Shown here piece after piece: positions 32,032 to 43,914 of a DNA stretch of 64,000 nucleotides (its first letter is position 1; the number at the start of each line of letters is the position of its first letter). Below the pieces are notes generated by a model that was given only the letters and a program-made list of their open reading frames with translations, searched no databases and had not been told where the DNA came from. The stretch is from an uncultured Rivularia sp. GTDB taxonomy: Bacteria; Cyanobacteriota; Cyanobacteriia; Cyanobacteriales; Nostocaceae. Where the stretch lies: assembly GCA_963665115.1 (NCBI GenBank), contig OY762007.1:2112001-2176000 (forward strand), given 5' to 3'. A program made the translations under genes and the position numbers.

Positions 32032-32457
32032 ATGGTAGAACCCCCAATTAAAAAATCTGACCGTCAACCAAAACCGGAAGCTGAAGGCAGTTCTGATAAG
32101 AGTCCCGATCAAAGCTTTACTCCTCCCGTCAAATCAGCAGGCAGTTCTGAAAAAAAGAGTTTTGCACCTCCGGTAAAAACAGATCGTAAAGATAGAGACA
32201 GCGATAGAGATAACGATAGAGGTAGAGGCAAAGGTAAAGGTAGAGGTAGAAAATCATCTGAAAGAGATGAAATCAAGGCTCCAGTTAGTCTTGCATTAGC
32301 ACGCCCTCCCAAGCCAAGCAAGCCTCCCGTTAAAGTTGAAGCTGAACCAGAAGAAGTTTCAGAAACTGTTGCCGAAGATCGAGATTCTAATGAAGCACCA
32401 TCAGAAGTTGTTGCAGAAGAATCTCAAGATTCTAGTGAAGAACAAAGCAATTCATAG
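32032..32457 (+). CDS. Hypothetical low-complexity protein
   Basis: PPIKKSDR N-terminus, RD/RG tract, ALARPPKP, acidic tail. Confidence 0.75.
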   Translation: MVEPPIKKSDRQPKPEAEGSSDKSPDQSFTPPVKSAGSSEKKSFAPPVKTDRKDRDSDRDNDRGRGKGKGRGRKSSERDEIKAPVSLALARPPKPSKPPVKVEAEPEEVSETVAEDRDSNEAPSEVVAEESQDSSEEQSNS

Positions 32458-32477
32458 CTTGTGCTTTTAGAAGAAGA

Positions 32478-32580
32478 AGAGGGGGAAGAGGGGGAAGAGG
32501 GGGAAGAAGGGGAAGATTAAATAATTGAGAACTCCTCATTCCTGACTCCTAACTCCTAACTCCTCATTCTTAACTCCCAT
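32478..32580. repeat. (GAGGGGGAA)n and (ACTCCTA)n short tandem repeats
   Basis: Seen directly between the convergent genes. Confidence 0.8.
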
Positions 32581-32584
32581 ATCT

Positions 32585-35330
32585 TTACTTTTTCACACGT
32601 TCGCCAAAGCGGATTAATCTTTCAATCATTGCCAGACGGTTTTCCCAAACTCCTACTTGATAGGGGTTATTCAAAGCTTGTTGCTGCATTAATGTTCTAA
32701 ATTGAGATTGAAAGCGAGTCAATGATGCTTTCGTTGTTTGTAAGTTAGCTTGAGATGGAGATTTTGCAAGTTGATTTAAAGCGTTTTCTAATATTTCTGC
32801 TTGGCTGTTAAATTCGGAAATTCTGCTAGCAGACATTTGTAGTTGCTTATTCTCTAACGTAAATTTCCATTCTTTTTGTAGGGAAGCGTAACGTAAAGCA
32901 GCAGTTTTGAATGGTTGACGGTAGGGAATCGGTTCGCGTTCGGTTTTACTACCTTGAGTGCTGCCCAAAACTTGCTGTAGCTGTTGATTTTGTAAGTTTT
33001 CGGCTGCGAATAATGCGTAACCACCTACTGGTAAATCTCTAATTAACTGTACTTGGTCAAATGCTCCTAAAGTCGGTAAATTTAATAGACGAATTCCGGG
33101 AACTAATAAGGTAGAACCTAACTTTCTCGATACAATCCAAGGCTGTGCTAATCTGCTAAAAGTTGGAGTATCTAAAGCGTAAGTCATGGGAACAATTAAG
33201 TCTATATCGCCTCGTTTGGCCCAAACTTCCCAATGTTGCTGTAATTTACCAATCCTTTCTTGTTCCGGTAGAGGAAACACCGCTACGGACATAATTAAAT
33301 CGGATTTTTTTTGCCGCATTTTTTGCGAAACTTGAGCGACAAAGCTATCTATTTGCTGAGTACGAAAAGCCGTCCATTTTTGCCAGATATCGCGTTGGCT
33401 TGGTGAAATTTTGAGCGGATCGACTCCATAACGCTGTTTAAATTGCGATCGCGCTGCTTTCCCATAACCATAACTGCGGTTTCGTTGATGATCTTGGAAA
33501 GGATAGCGGATGTAATCCAAATGTAAGCCGTCTACGTTATAGTTGGTAACAATTTCTTCGTACTGATTTAATAAATACTGTCGTAATTGAGGATTTGCAG
33601 GGTCAAAAAATGGTTTATTTTGACCTTGGGGAATCATCTTTCCGCGTCTATCGTAACCAGCCCAATCGGGATGAACGGCAAGTACTGGGCCTGGATAGTT
33701 AGTGTTAATACCCAAAAGTTTATTATGTCGCTGGTTTCCGGCCGCAAAAACCCATACCCAGGCGTGTAATTCCATACCTCTGTCATGGGCTAATTTGACG
33801 GCGGATTTTAACGGGTCCCAGTCACGAGTTAAAGGATTTTGCTGGGGTGCTACTTTACTCGGATAGACTGTATAACCTGCATTAACCGTTTCAAAAAATA
33901 CCGTATTAATACCCGCTTGCGAAAGTCGATCGAAAACTTGGGCTAATCCTTGCTCATTTCTAGCCTTAACAATAGTTCCTCTATCGAGCCAAATTGCTCG
34001 GATTTCCGGTTGAGCAAACCTTTGATTTACCGGAAACTGATTCCATAAAGAAGCTTTTGCAGCTAACCATTGTTTGCGAGCTTCAGCGTATTTTCTCTTT
34101 GCAACTAACTGCGGTAGTTTTTGGACAACTTCTTTAGCTTGTGATAGGGCTTGTTGACTGCCAAAAGTCAATGTTGCAGGTTGACTGGATGCAAATTGTG
34201 CGGGTTGAGCTTGTGCAGCTGGAGTTCGGTTATTTATCGCTGCAACAGCTAGATTCGCGCTTTCAACTCGACCAATTAATTTTAGTAATTCTTGCTGTAG
34301 CGCTGCTGTTTCATTACGGCTAATTGGTTTGCGGGAATTGGGTTTAACATCCAGCCGAACCTTATCTTGCAAATTATCTATTGCTTCATCGGATAGCTCA
34401 TCGGAACGTTGGAAGTTGATATTCCTAGAAGTATTATCGGGAATAACGGCAGTAATTTTAGACGGAATAGAAGTATTTGTTTGTGTTGGCGTAGTGGAAT
34501 TTATTGTGGGTAAATTTTGACTACTATTTCTATTAGTAGGATTTGTCGCAGGTATTTTGGCAACAGCAGGGTTATCACACTCAGTTGCACCACCTGGAAT
34601 ACTTTTAACGGCATTTGGCGTTGCGTGTCGTTTTACCGCAGCTTGTAACCAAGCACTATCTAAACTGGGATTTGCAGCGCTATCAACTCCCCATCTCCAA
34701 CCGAAAAAAGTAGAACGCGAGGTAGCTAAAACGGCTGCGGAATTATTTTGAGATTCCCATAGTGCAGCAGCTTGATTGGGTGAGTTGGGAACCACAACAC
34801 CACCGCGCACTTCTCCAATTAAATCTTTGTTATTAGCCCATCGCTGCAATTTATCTTTAGAAGGTTGAAGTTTCTGCGGTGTATCTAAACTAAATCCCCA
34901 GTAACCTCCCAAAACATTTTTAATTAATCGACGTACCCCCGGAGCAGATAAACTTCCTACGGGGGCCACTAGCAATCACACTTCCACCTTTACTTACCCA
35001 TTCTTCCAAGCTAATTGCTTGCGACGGCGTTAATGTTTCCACATTAGGTAAAAGTAGTACCGTGCGGCTTCCCCAATCAGCAGTATTTCTGATGCTATTC
35101 AAAGGAATCACGCAGTAGTTAACCCCAGCTTCTTCAAGACGAGTAGTTATACCCTTCCACTGGTTAGCATTTTCGCGACTTTGAATTACGCTGATAACAG
35201 TTTCAGTTGCTGCGACAGCAGGTAAAATATTAAATAAAATACAAGCCAAAAATTGGCATTTAAAAAATAGTAATCCAGTTTTGATAGATTTTAATTTAAC
35301 TTTTCTAATTCCTTTAAGTTGATTCGTCAC
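32585..35330 (-). CDS. Glycoside hydrolase-like 10 (DUF187) protein, frameshifted at 34961-34965
   Basis: EIRAIWLD, GINTVFFET, GMELHAW, VDGLHLDYIRYP; the two track ORFs join as VIASGPVGSLSAPG after deleting one G. Confidence 0.88.
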
Positions 35331-35868
35331 TATTTATTCCCCATTCGATTTTGGATTTTGGATTTTGGATTGGCGCTAAGATATTTAGTAATAGTTAGGT
35401 TAAATTTGATTTAAGTTAAATTAAATTCAAGTAAAAAGTTAATTAATAAAAGATTTTGCTATTAATCAGAATTTTACAAAATATTTATTATAGATAAACT
35501 ACTCCCTTTCCGCTCTATAATTACCTATCTCTCCATCTCTTTCCTCACCCCTCTCTTTCTTGAAAAGTTGTGGCTCTTCAAGAAAGTCTATGTCAAACGC
35601 GGACACGCTGAGCCGCACCTTCGGTGAACGTTAACGCTGCGTCTCTGCGGTTTTTTATAGGTAATGTCCCACCAGGAAAAGGGTAGCAATTTGCTAATAG
35701 CTCGGAAGCATCCTAATTGTTGAAAAACTTGGGACGCTCCAGTCTATGTACAGCCAAAAGACAATTAAAAATATTCTTTATGGAAAAACCACGATCAAAT
35801 TAGAATAGTAAAATAACTAAAAAATAAATATAAGATTGATTTTATTCATAACTCCCAATTTCTAACTC

Positions 35869-37206
35869 CTAACTCCTAGTTCCTAACTTTTGTACGCAAC
35901 TTTCGATCAACTCTTCAACAGTTGCTACAGGAAAAATTTTTGTTTTTAAACTGCTAGCTACTTCCTCAACTGTTTTATCATCGAGAAAAATTGATTCTCC
36001 GTGCTTTAACATTACATTCGGCAGTAAAATTCCATCTCCTAAATCTTCATTTTGTAATTTTAAAAGTAAATCTTGCCCAGTTAATAAACCAGTAACGCTA
36101 ATATCTTGTCCCCAATAATCGCTGGATAAAGCACGCATATTAACCGATAAACCTTCAACCGAATTTAACTGTTTTACAAGAGGTTGAAAAGCTTGCTCAA
36201 CAGCATTTCCTACTACCCAAGTTAATTTCCGTGGTTCAACTTTCTGCGGTAATAATTCCCGTGCAGTTTGCAAAAACTCTTTGATAAACAAACGAATCGA
36301 ACCTACACCATTATCAATTTGGGGATAATCTTCGTATTCAGCTTCACATGGTAAATCCTCACCTGCAATTAAAAACCATTCATCGGCTAGCCAAATGCAA
36401 TTTGAACCAACACTTTCTTTTAATTCTTGCTGCAACTTCCGCACTTGAGTAATTACTTCTCGTCCTTTCTCCCGTGTCACGGGTATAAGTTCATCCTCTT
36501 GGGGACGAAACCGCGTTAAGCCTACTGGAACAACTGCAACAGAAGCCACAGCAGGTAATTCGCCAGTATGAAAAGACGCTAAGTCGCGCAGAGTTGTTTC
36601 TAAGTGTAAGGCATCATTGATACCAGGGCAAACAACTACTTGTGCGTGAATTTGTAATCGTCTTTCCTGAAACCACTTGATATGCTGTAAAATCTCTCCC
36701 GCACGTTGATTCTTTAACAATCTAATTCTTACTTCGGGTTCGGTAGCATGAACGGATACATAAAGCGGCGACAAACGCATCTGTTCGATTCTTTCCCATT
36801 CCCGTTGCGGTAGATTCGTTAAAGTCAAATAAGAACCATACAGAAAACTTAAGCGATAATCATCATCTTTAAAGTAAAGACTAGAACGTTTACCCGGTGG
36901 CTGTTGATCGATAAAACAGAAAGGACAACGATTATTGCACTGGATTAAACCATCAAAAAGCGCCGTTTCAAACTCTAAACCTAAATCATCATCGTAATCT
37001 TTTTCAATTTCAATTTGATGAGTTTTTCCCTTTTCATCTAAAATTTCTAAATCTAAAACTTCATCAGCACATAAAAACTGATAATCAATCAAATCGCGAG
37101 GATGCATACCATTAATACTAACGATTGCATCACCTACCTCAAATCCAATTTCAGCACCAATAGAATCGGGCAATATCTTTGTAATACGAGCGGGTTTGAT
37201 ATTCAT
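35869..37206 (-). CDS. TIGR03279-type radical SAM protein with N-terminal PDZ-like domain
   Basis: CNNRCPFCFIDQQP, KDDDYRLSFLYGSY.TLTN, VTGLLTGQD. Confidence 0.9.
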   Translation of the reverse strand: MNIKPARITKILPDSIGAEIGFEVGDAIVSINGMHPRDLIDYQFLCADEVLDLEILDEKGKTHQIEIEKDYDDDLGLEFETALFDGLIQCNNRCPFCFIDQQPPGKRSSLYFKDDDYRLSFLYGSYLTLTNLPQREWERIEQMRLSPLYVSVHATEPEVRIRLLKNQRAGEILQHIKWFQERRLQIHAQVVVCPGINDALHLETTLRDLASFHTGELPAVASVAVVPVGLTRFRPQEDELIPVTREKGREVITQVRKLQQELKESVGSNCIWLADEWFLIAGEDLPCEAEYEDYPQIDNGVGSIRLFIKEFLQTARELLPQKVEPRKLTWVVGNAVEQAFQPLVKQLNSVEGLSVNMRALSSDYWGQDISVTGLLTGQDLLLKLQNEDLGDGILLPNVMLKHGESIFLDDKTVEEVASSLKTKIFPVATVEELIESCVQKLGTRS

Positions 37207-37217
37207 GAGTTAGGAAT

Positions 37218-37509
37218 GTAGAGACGTAGCAGTGCTACGTCTCCATAATTAAGTTAGTAGGTTGGGTTGGGTTGCAAGAAGAATTATAGTTTTTAATTAA
37301 AAATTGATGCTGCAACCTAACCCAACATTGCATTTTTTATTCGTCAATATTCATCAATATCCTACATCCTCGCCGCGATAATGTTATTTATTCAGCATGG
37401 TGATGTTGGGTTACGACACGATTAACAAATATTGTCGTCACAAGCCTTCATTTTAAAGGGTTCGTTTTGCCCGTAACCGTCGGGAGACGTAGCACTGCTA
37501 CGTCTCTAC
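37218..37509. repeat. REP doublet enclosing a second REP family
   Basis: Outer inverted GTAGAGACGTAGCA.TGCTACGTCTC pair; inner GTAGGTTGGGTTG...AACCCAACA and ATGTTGGGTTACG. Confidence 0.82.
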
Positions 37510-37531
37510 AACTGCTAACCTTTAATTACTC

Positions 37532-38563
37532 CTAACTATTCTCCAGAAATCCCGCAGCAATTCCACCCAATATAAAGATTCCAAATATTAATCGATACCA
37601 AACAAACACCCAGGTACTTTGAGTTTTTAGAAAGCGCAACAAACTGGCGATCGCCAAGTAAGAAAATACTGCTGACGAAATTATGCCTGCGACTAAAGAA
37701 ACTATCTGACTTCCATCAACTCCTGCGGCAAAGAAATCTTGTAATTGTACTAATCCAGCTATAGAAATCGCTGGAATACCTAGCAAAAAAGAAAATCTGG
37801 CTGCGGTTTCTCGTTCTAAATTTAAAAATAATCCCGCCGTTAAAGTCGAACCCGATCGACTTACACCCGGTATCAGCGCTAAAGCTTGAGCAACACCCAT
37901 AAACAATCCATCTAACATTACGAGATTTTCAAAGTCGCGCTGGCGCTTGCTGAATTTCTCCGCCAATCCCAACAGTATTGACATGACTATAGAAGCAATT
38001 GCGATCGCGCTCATACTCCGCAGCGGTGAGTTATCAAAGTCGGGAATAAAAATTTTGATGATAATTCCGCAAAACAATATAGGTAGCGTGCCAAAGAAGA
38101 TACCCATGCACAAGCGAAAATCAAAGTCCATATAGTCTTTTAGGGCGATCGCTCTGGTAGCACCTTTAAAAATCCTCGACAAATCTTTCCAGAAATACCA
38201 CAGCACCGCTGCAATACTTCCCAATTGAATCACCGCACTAAAAGCGACTCCTGGATCTCCCCAACCAAGCGCGACTGGAACGACTTTTAAATGCGCCGTA
38301 CTGCTAATTGGTAAAAACTCTGTTGCACCTTGTACAAAGCCCAAGAAAATTGCTTGCCACACGTTCATTTGCTGTACGCCATCAACAGCACCTGAAGCTT
38401 GGCTGGCAAAAGTTTTTATTGGATGTATTGCGATGCTGAATATGGCGGATGCTACAGTTAAAAACCAGAATAATTGACGTTGAAAACTCCGTATATTTGT
38501 TCTCATCATTAAAACAAAACCAAACCTTCCAGTTTTACGCAGCTTTTTGTCATTATTCATCAC
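37532..38563 (-). CDS. uppP: Undecaprenyl-diphosphate phosphatase
   Basis: VQGATEFLPISSTAHL, PGVSRSGST, AARFSFLL. Confidence 0.95.
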   Translation of the reverse strand: MMNNDKKLRKTGRFGFVLMMRTNIRSFQRQLFWFLTVASAIFSIAIHPIKTFASQASGAVDGVQQMNVWQAIFLGFVQGATEFLPISSTAHLKVVPVALGWGDPGVAFSAVIQLGSIAAVLWYFWKDLSRIFKGATRAIALKDYMDFDFRLCMGIFFGTLPILFCGIIIKIFIPDFDNSPLRSMSAIAIASIVMSILLGLAEKFSKRQRDFENLVMLDGLFMGVAQALALIPGVSRSGSTLTAGLFLNLERETAARFSFLLGIPAISIAGLVQLQDFFAAGVDGSQIVSLVAGIISSAVFSYLAIASLLRFLKTQSTWVFVWYRLIFGIFILGGIAAGFLENS

Positions 38564-38584
38564 AATCCGCCAGTCATTGTATTT

Positions 38585-38850
38585 TAGATTTTGGATTTTG
38601 GATTGGGAGTTAGGAGTTAGGAGTTAAGAGTGAGGAGTTAAGAGTTAAAAAACTTTTTTATGTAAACTTCCGATCGTACTTACTTTTTTTTACCCGTTCA
38701 CTTCCTATGCCCAATTCCCAATGCCCAATTACCAATTCCTAATGTCTATATCTTGCACAAACAACTAACACACTCAAGGCTACGACAATACAAACAGTTA
38801 TCAGTTACCAGTTACTAGTTATCAATCAACAGCTGATAATTGATAATTGT
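38585..38850. repeat. Mixed STRR arrays
   Basis: GATTTTG, GGAGTTA, CCCAATT/GCCCAAT, CAGTTAT/CAGTTAC and TGATAAT heptamer runs between the uppP genes. Confidence 0.75.
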
Positions 38851-38863
38851 TCATTGTCTTTTC

Positions 38864-39827
38864 TTACGCATCCTGAAGTACACCGAAATATAATCCAGCT
38901 AAGATAGCGATACCAAATATTACGCGATACCACACGAATACCCAGGTGCTTTTGGTTTTAAGAAATTCTACTAACCAAGCAATTGCTAAATAAGAAAATA
39001 TTCCTGATGATATTACAGATGCTACCAAGGTAATAATTTCTGAATTATTAACTCCAACTTCTAATAAGTCTTTAACTGAAATTAAGCCAGCTAAAGTAAT
39101 TGCGGGAATTCCTAATAAAAATGAGAACCTTGCTGCTGTTCCCCTTTCCAATCCCATAAATAATCCTGCTGTCAAAGTTGAACCGCTTCGAGAAGCCCCA
39201 GGTACTAACGCTAAAGCTTGAGCGCAGCCCATTAATATGCCATCACCCATTGTTAATTTGTCAAAATTGCGCTGTCTGCTGCCTTTCATTTCTGCCAATC
39301 CCAACAGTATGCCCATCACAATTGACACAACTGCAATTACACCCATACCTCTTACAGTATTTTCGTAAAATTCTTCAAACACAACTTTGAGTAAAAGCCC
39401 TAAAACTACTATTGGGAATGTTCCGATGGCAATTCCTAGAGCGATGCGGAAATCGGTATCTTGATAATCTTTACGTCTAATAGCAATATACGCACCTGTA
39501 AGAAACCCGCTTTAAATCTCCCCAAAAGTACCAAAGCACAGCCACAATACTACCAAGCTGAATCGCTGCACTAAAAGCAGAACCTGGATCTCCCCAACCT
39601 AATGCAACTGGTACGGCTTTTAAATGCGCCGTGCTACTGATGGGCAAAAATTCTGTTGCACCTTGCACGAAACCTAGAAAAATGCCCTGCCATAAGTTCA
39701 TTTGCGAAGCTGCATCAACAGGAGTACTCGCATCTTGACTCAGAACTTTCAACGGAAATGCCGCTACTGATAAAACACCACTTCCTACCATCAATAAGGG
39801 AAACAGCAAACGTTTGGATACAGCCAT
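38864..39827 (-). CDS. uppP: Second undecaprenyl-diphosphate phosphatase, frameshifted at about 39503-39505
   Basis: Both halves carry BacA motifs; deleting one A gives GDLKRVLTGAYIAIRRKDYQDTDFRIALGIAIGTIP, collinear with the paralog. Confidence 0.9.
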
Positions 39828-40127
39828 GAATACACCTATCTACCCGTAATTACCAACGATTACACTTTCAACTACTTCTGTACTGTCTACAGGAAAAAAT
39901 ACGCCAGTTAAAAATAATATTTCCTGTTTGCTTAGAATTGTGAAGCCCAATTCTCGCTACAGCATACCCGTAAACTTCACTTTATTCTTTGTGTTTTTTT
40001 TAAAGATTTCATAGTTGGCTACAATTGAGGTATCATGGATATGCCCCCCAGGGGGATACTAGATAGCCTCTAAAGGGTTGATCTAATACCTTAAGAAAAG
40101 TTAATATTTGTAAAGAATATTAAAATT

Positions 40128-40961
40128 TTGACTAATAATACGTTGTATTCATATCCAGTTTTTAACCTTGTGACTCAAACAGTTGAAAGCCTCAAATCCT
40201 TAAAAATCAACACAATAGCGAATCAAAAAGTGATAAGCACAGCAATACCCTTATATAAAGAGAAAGATGAGAATGTGACATCTTTTTCAACTTCTTCCTT
40301 AATACCTCTCTCTTTTGGGGTTACATCTCGACAAGCTCTACTGGTATTTACTGCTGCGGTATTTCTGGTATCGGTGCCTGTATTCATTGAAGCGCCGCTG
40401 GTAAGAGTACTGCCGTGGTTGAGTGTAGCTCTAACAGTGGGATGGATATGGCTGAGTAAATTATTAATGTCGCGGAGTGCGACTTATGTTTGGGGAGATT
40501 TACTTGTAGGTTTTAGCTGGAGTTGGTTAGCTGGCTCTATATATTGGGGTTGGTTGCGCTGGGAACCTTTATGGCATTTGCCCGTAGAATCAATCGGTTT
40601 ACCCTTTGCGATGTGGTGTTTGTATCGAAATTGGGGAAAAGTCGGTAACTGGTTTTATTTTGGTTCGTTAGTTGGCACGGTTTTAACCGACATATATTTT
40701 TACATTGTGGACTTAATACCCTACTGGCGGCAGATTATGGTTGTAGAACCGGAAGCAGCAACACCCGTTTTAAAAGCAGCACTTTTACAAGTACAAACAC
40801 CAGCAGGGCAAGCTTGGGCGGTTGTTCTAGCCGTGGTGTTATTGAGTGTGGGGATTATACCTTTAAAATATAAGCAGCTGCACTGGTATGCTTTTAGTGG
40901 AGCAGTTTTAAGCACAATTTTAGTAGATAGCTTATTTTTAATCGCTGCTGTTATGGCTTAA
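40128..40961 (+). CDS. DUF3120 family membrane protein
   Basis: FLVSVPVFIEAPLVR, WSWLAGSIYWGWLRWEPLWHLPVES; position upstream of psbU. Confidence 0.8.
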   Translation: MTNNTLYSYPVFNLVTQTVESLKSLKINTIANQKVISTAIPLYKEKDENVTSFSTSSLIPLSFGVTSRQALLVFTAAVFLVSVPVFIEAPLVRVLPWLSVALTVGWIWLSKLLMSRSATYVWGDLLVGFSWSWLAGSIYWGWLRWEPLWHLPVESIGLPFAMWCLYRNWGKVGNWFYFGSLVGTVLTDIYFYIVDLIPYWRQIMVVEPEAATPVLKAALLQVQTPAGQAWAVVLAVVLLSVGIIPLKYKQLHWYAFSGAVLSTILVDSLFLIAAVMA

Positions 40962-41214
40962 GTTTGGGAATTCTGCTTTCCCAACGACTGTAATAGCTAA
41001 CAAAAGTTTTTTTTGCAAAAATCTTGCTCAAAATCCTTGGGAGTAAGTATTAGATATATTGATAAGCTATATATTAGTTTTTGATAACTGCTGTGTTTGA
41101 ATTAAGTTACTGACTACGAGCATCTGTCATTTATGCATTATCTGTAATGAATGGCATCTAAGTAGGATTTGGCTTAAAGCTTTATGTAAGTTTGATGGAA
41201 AGAGGTAGAAAATC

Positions 41215-41655
41215 GTGAAACGATTGGCGCATTTAGTAACAGTATTTAGTTTGTTAATCGGATTTTGGGGATTGTTAGGTTCCCACGGAGTAGCCCAAGC
41301 AGTAAATTTAAATCAATTTACTGTTAATAATGCTCCTATTTTTGCAATCGATTCATCCCGAGTATTGCGGAATCGAGCCGATGACAAACTTGCAGATGTT
41401 TATGGTGACAAAATTGATTTAAACAATACCAACATAGGAGCTTTTCAGAGATATAGAGGACTATATCCGACACTTGCTAAGAAGATAGTCTTCAACGCTC
41501 CCTACGACAATGTAGAAGATGTGCTGAATCTTCAAGGTATAAGCGACAGACAAAAACAACGCTTGGAAGCTAACTTGGAGAATTTCACGGTTAACCCACC
41601 AGATGAAATATTTATTGACGGCGATGAGCGCATCAATAACGGTATTTACAGATAA
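41215..41655 (+). CDS. psbU: Photosystem II extrinsic 12 kDa protein PsbU
   Basis: Signal peptide; [36 protein letters not shown]. Confidence 0.95.
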   Translation: MKRLAHLVTVFSLLIGFWGLLGSHGVAQAVNLNQFTVNNAPIFAIDSSRVLRNRADDKLADVYGDKIDLNNTNIGAFQRYRGLYPTLAKKIVFNAPYDNVEDVLNLQGISDRQKQRLEANLENFTVNPPDEIFIDGDERINNGIYR

Positions 41656-41885
41656 TGGATTTGGGTACTGTTGATTTCGGTGTTTTTGTTTGAGATTCAG
41701 ATAATTCTCAAAATGATAAATTAAGAGATGTTGCCATGCAATGTCTCTTAATTAGGTATCTCCCAAAAACGTTTATATTTATATGGTTTTAAATTTACAA
41801 AAAATTTAACTCCCCTATCCCCTGGGTGGGGAAGTTCGCTGAAAAACTCTTGATTTAAGCTCTAAAGCTTTTAAAAATATAAATT

Positions 41886-43562
41886 TTGACGAAAAATACT
41901 CTTCAAAATAAATTTGATGTTTTAGTAGTGGGTGCTGGTGCAGCTGGACTATATACTGCTCTGTGTCTCCCTCAAGATTTACAAGTTGGCTTAATTACTA
42001 AAAAAACAATTTCCTTATCTGCTAGTGAATGGGCGCAAGGAGGTATTGCAGCGGCAGTTTCTCCCCAAGATTCTCCACAATTACACGTTGAAGATACTAT
42101 ACGTGCAGGTGCCGGTTTATGCGAACCTTCTGTAGTAAAATTTCTCGCCGAACAAGCTCCGGGCTGCATCCAATCTTTAGTTGATTTAGGAGTAACTTTC
42201 GATCGTAGCGGTTCTGAATTAGCTTTAACTTTAGAAGCAGCCCATTCTCGCCACAGAGTTCTTCATGCTGCCGATACCACGGGTTCGCGAGTAGTCACCA
42301 CTCTAAGCGCTCAAGTACTACAACGTCAGAATATCAAAATTATTCAACAGGCTTTAGCTTTAGATTTGTGGTTGCATCCAGAGACTGGACGTACTCAAGG
42401 AATCAGCTTATTCTTCCAAGACGAAATTAGATGGATTCAGGCTGGTGCGGTAATACTAGCAACAGGTGGTGGAGGCCAAGTTTTTGCTCAAACCACTAAT
42501 CCAGCTATTAGTACTGGTGATGGTGTAGCTATAGCTTGGAACGCTGGAGCAATTCTTAGAGATTTAGAGTTCATGCAGTTTCACCCTACTGCTTTAACAA
42601 AACTAGGTGCGGATCGATTTTTAATCAGCGAAGCAGTACGCGGTGAAGGGGCACATCTGATTGATAATCAAGGGCGACGCTTTGCATTTGACTATCATCC
42701 TTCTGGCGAACTAGCACCCCGAGACATAGTTAGTCGCGCCATTTTCACTCATTTGCAAAAAACAGAAAATGATCCCGCCAGTGCAAATGTATGGTTGGAC
42801 ATGAAACCTATTCCTCCTGAAAAAATTCGCTATCGCTTTCCTAACATTGTTAAAGTTTGTCAGCGCTGGGGAATCGATGTATTTTCAGAACCCATTCCCG
42901 TCGCACCAGCAGCTCATTATTGGATGGGTGGAATTAAAACAGATTTGATGAATCGTACTAGCATTCCAGGTTTATACGCAGTTGGAGAAACAGCCAGCAC
43001 CGGAGTTCATGGAGCGAATCGTTTGGCTAGTAACTCTCTACTAGAATGCATAGTTTTCGGCGCTCAAATGTCCAGTCTTAAATTAGAAGACAATATTGAG
43101 ATTGAGAATCAGCATCTATCTAAAGAAATATTCGAGATTAATCCCTCAGATAACAGTGAAGAATTTAAATATTTACAAGAATTACGAAGTGAGATACCCC
43201 GCTTAGTTTGGCAGTCTGCTGGAATTTGTCGAGAGCAATCGAGTTTAGATAAAGCAGTTTCTACTATCGAATCTTGGCGTAATGAATTCACCAATCTTCA
43301 CCTAAGTAAATTTCTATCTTCTTTAAATCCACCAAAGCCAGCTAGCTTTGAATCGGACAATGCTCAAAACCTGCTTTTGCTGTGGACGCAAGTCCGCAAT
43401 CTGCTCGATATAGCTAATTTGATTCTTAAAAGTGCTGCTTATAGAACTGAAAGCAGAGGAGGACATTATCGTCAGGATTACCCCCAATCCAATCCTGAAT
43501 GGCAAGTTCACACCTTAATACAAAACGATCGTTGGTGGAAAGAAGCGATTAATGGCGATTAA
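41886..43562 (+). CDS. nadB: L-aspartate oxidase
   Basis: GAGAAG, SEWAQGGIAA, LEAAHS, QFHPT, HGANRLASNSLLE, ESRGGH. Confidence 0.95.
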   Translation: MTKNTLQNKFDVLVVGAGAAGLYTALCLPQDLQVGLITKKTISLSASEWAQGGIAAAVSPQDSPQLHVEDTIRAGAGLCEPSVVKFLAEQAPGCIQSLVDLGVTFDRSGSELALTLEAAHSRHRVLHAADTTGSRVVTTLSAQVLQRQNIKIIQQALALDLWLHPETGRTQGISLFFQDEIRWIQAGAVILATGGGGQVFAQTTNPAISTGDGVAIAWNAGAILRDLEFMQFHPTALTKLGADRFLISEAVRGEGAHLIDNQGRRFAFDYHPSGELAPRDIVSRAIFTHLQKTENDPASANVWLDMKPIPPEKIRYRFPNIVKVCQRWGIDVFSEPIPVAPAAHYWMGGIKTDLMNRTSIPGLYAVGETASTGVHGANRLASNSLLECIVFGAQMSSLKLEDNIEIENQHLSKEIFEINPSDNSEEFKYLQELRSEIPRLVWQSAGICREQSSLDKAVSTIESWRNEFTNLHLSKFLSSLNPPKPASFESDNAQNLLLLWTQVRNLLDIANLILKSAAYRTESRGGHYRQDYPQSNPEWQVHTLIQNDRWWKEAINGD

Positions 43563-43650
43563 AACAGGACAACAATGAGGGACTCGATCTGGGTATATTA
43601 ACTCTACCTATCTCAAATCAAATCACATTACTTCACTTAAAAGCCTTATA

Positions 43651-43914
43651 TCATCGGGTACCGCTACCATAAGCGCTTGAAGGACTACCAAAATTAGGGG
43701 GTTGATATCCTGATAAATCTTGAGAATCCTCTTCATATCTATCTAAGCTGTCTTGCGCGGCAGGAATTGCGTAATTAGGAACCCTACGATCTAAAGTCAA
43801 AGCGGCATCCGCAATTTTAGGAATTACCAAAGAAGCTCCAACAACAAAAAATATTGCGCTGCTAATCTTTAAACCATTTTCTAAAAAAGTTTGTGTATTG
43901 ATGTGAATATTCAT
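43651..43914 (-). CDS. Small putatively exported protein ending in PPxxGxP...GSGTR
   Basis: Hydrophobic segment plus ADA cleavage-like site, acidic linker, terminal YQPPNFGSPSSAYGSGTR*. Confidence 0.75.
   Translation of the reverse strand: MNIHINTQTFLENGLKISSAIFFVVGASLVIPKIADAALTLDRRVPNYAIPAAQDSLDRYEEDSQDLSGYQPPNFGSPSSAYGSGTR

Noticed and set aside
43651..43671. Calling the GSGTR protein PatS or PatX
   Set aside because: It lacks the RG(S/T)GR pentapeptide required for HetR binding (it reads YGSGTR)
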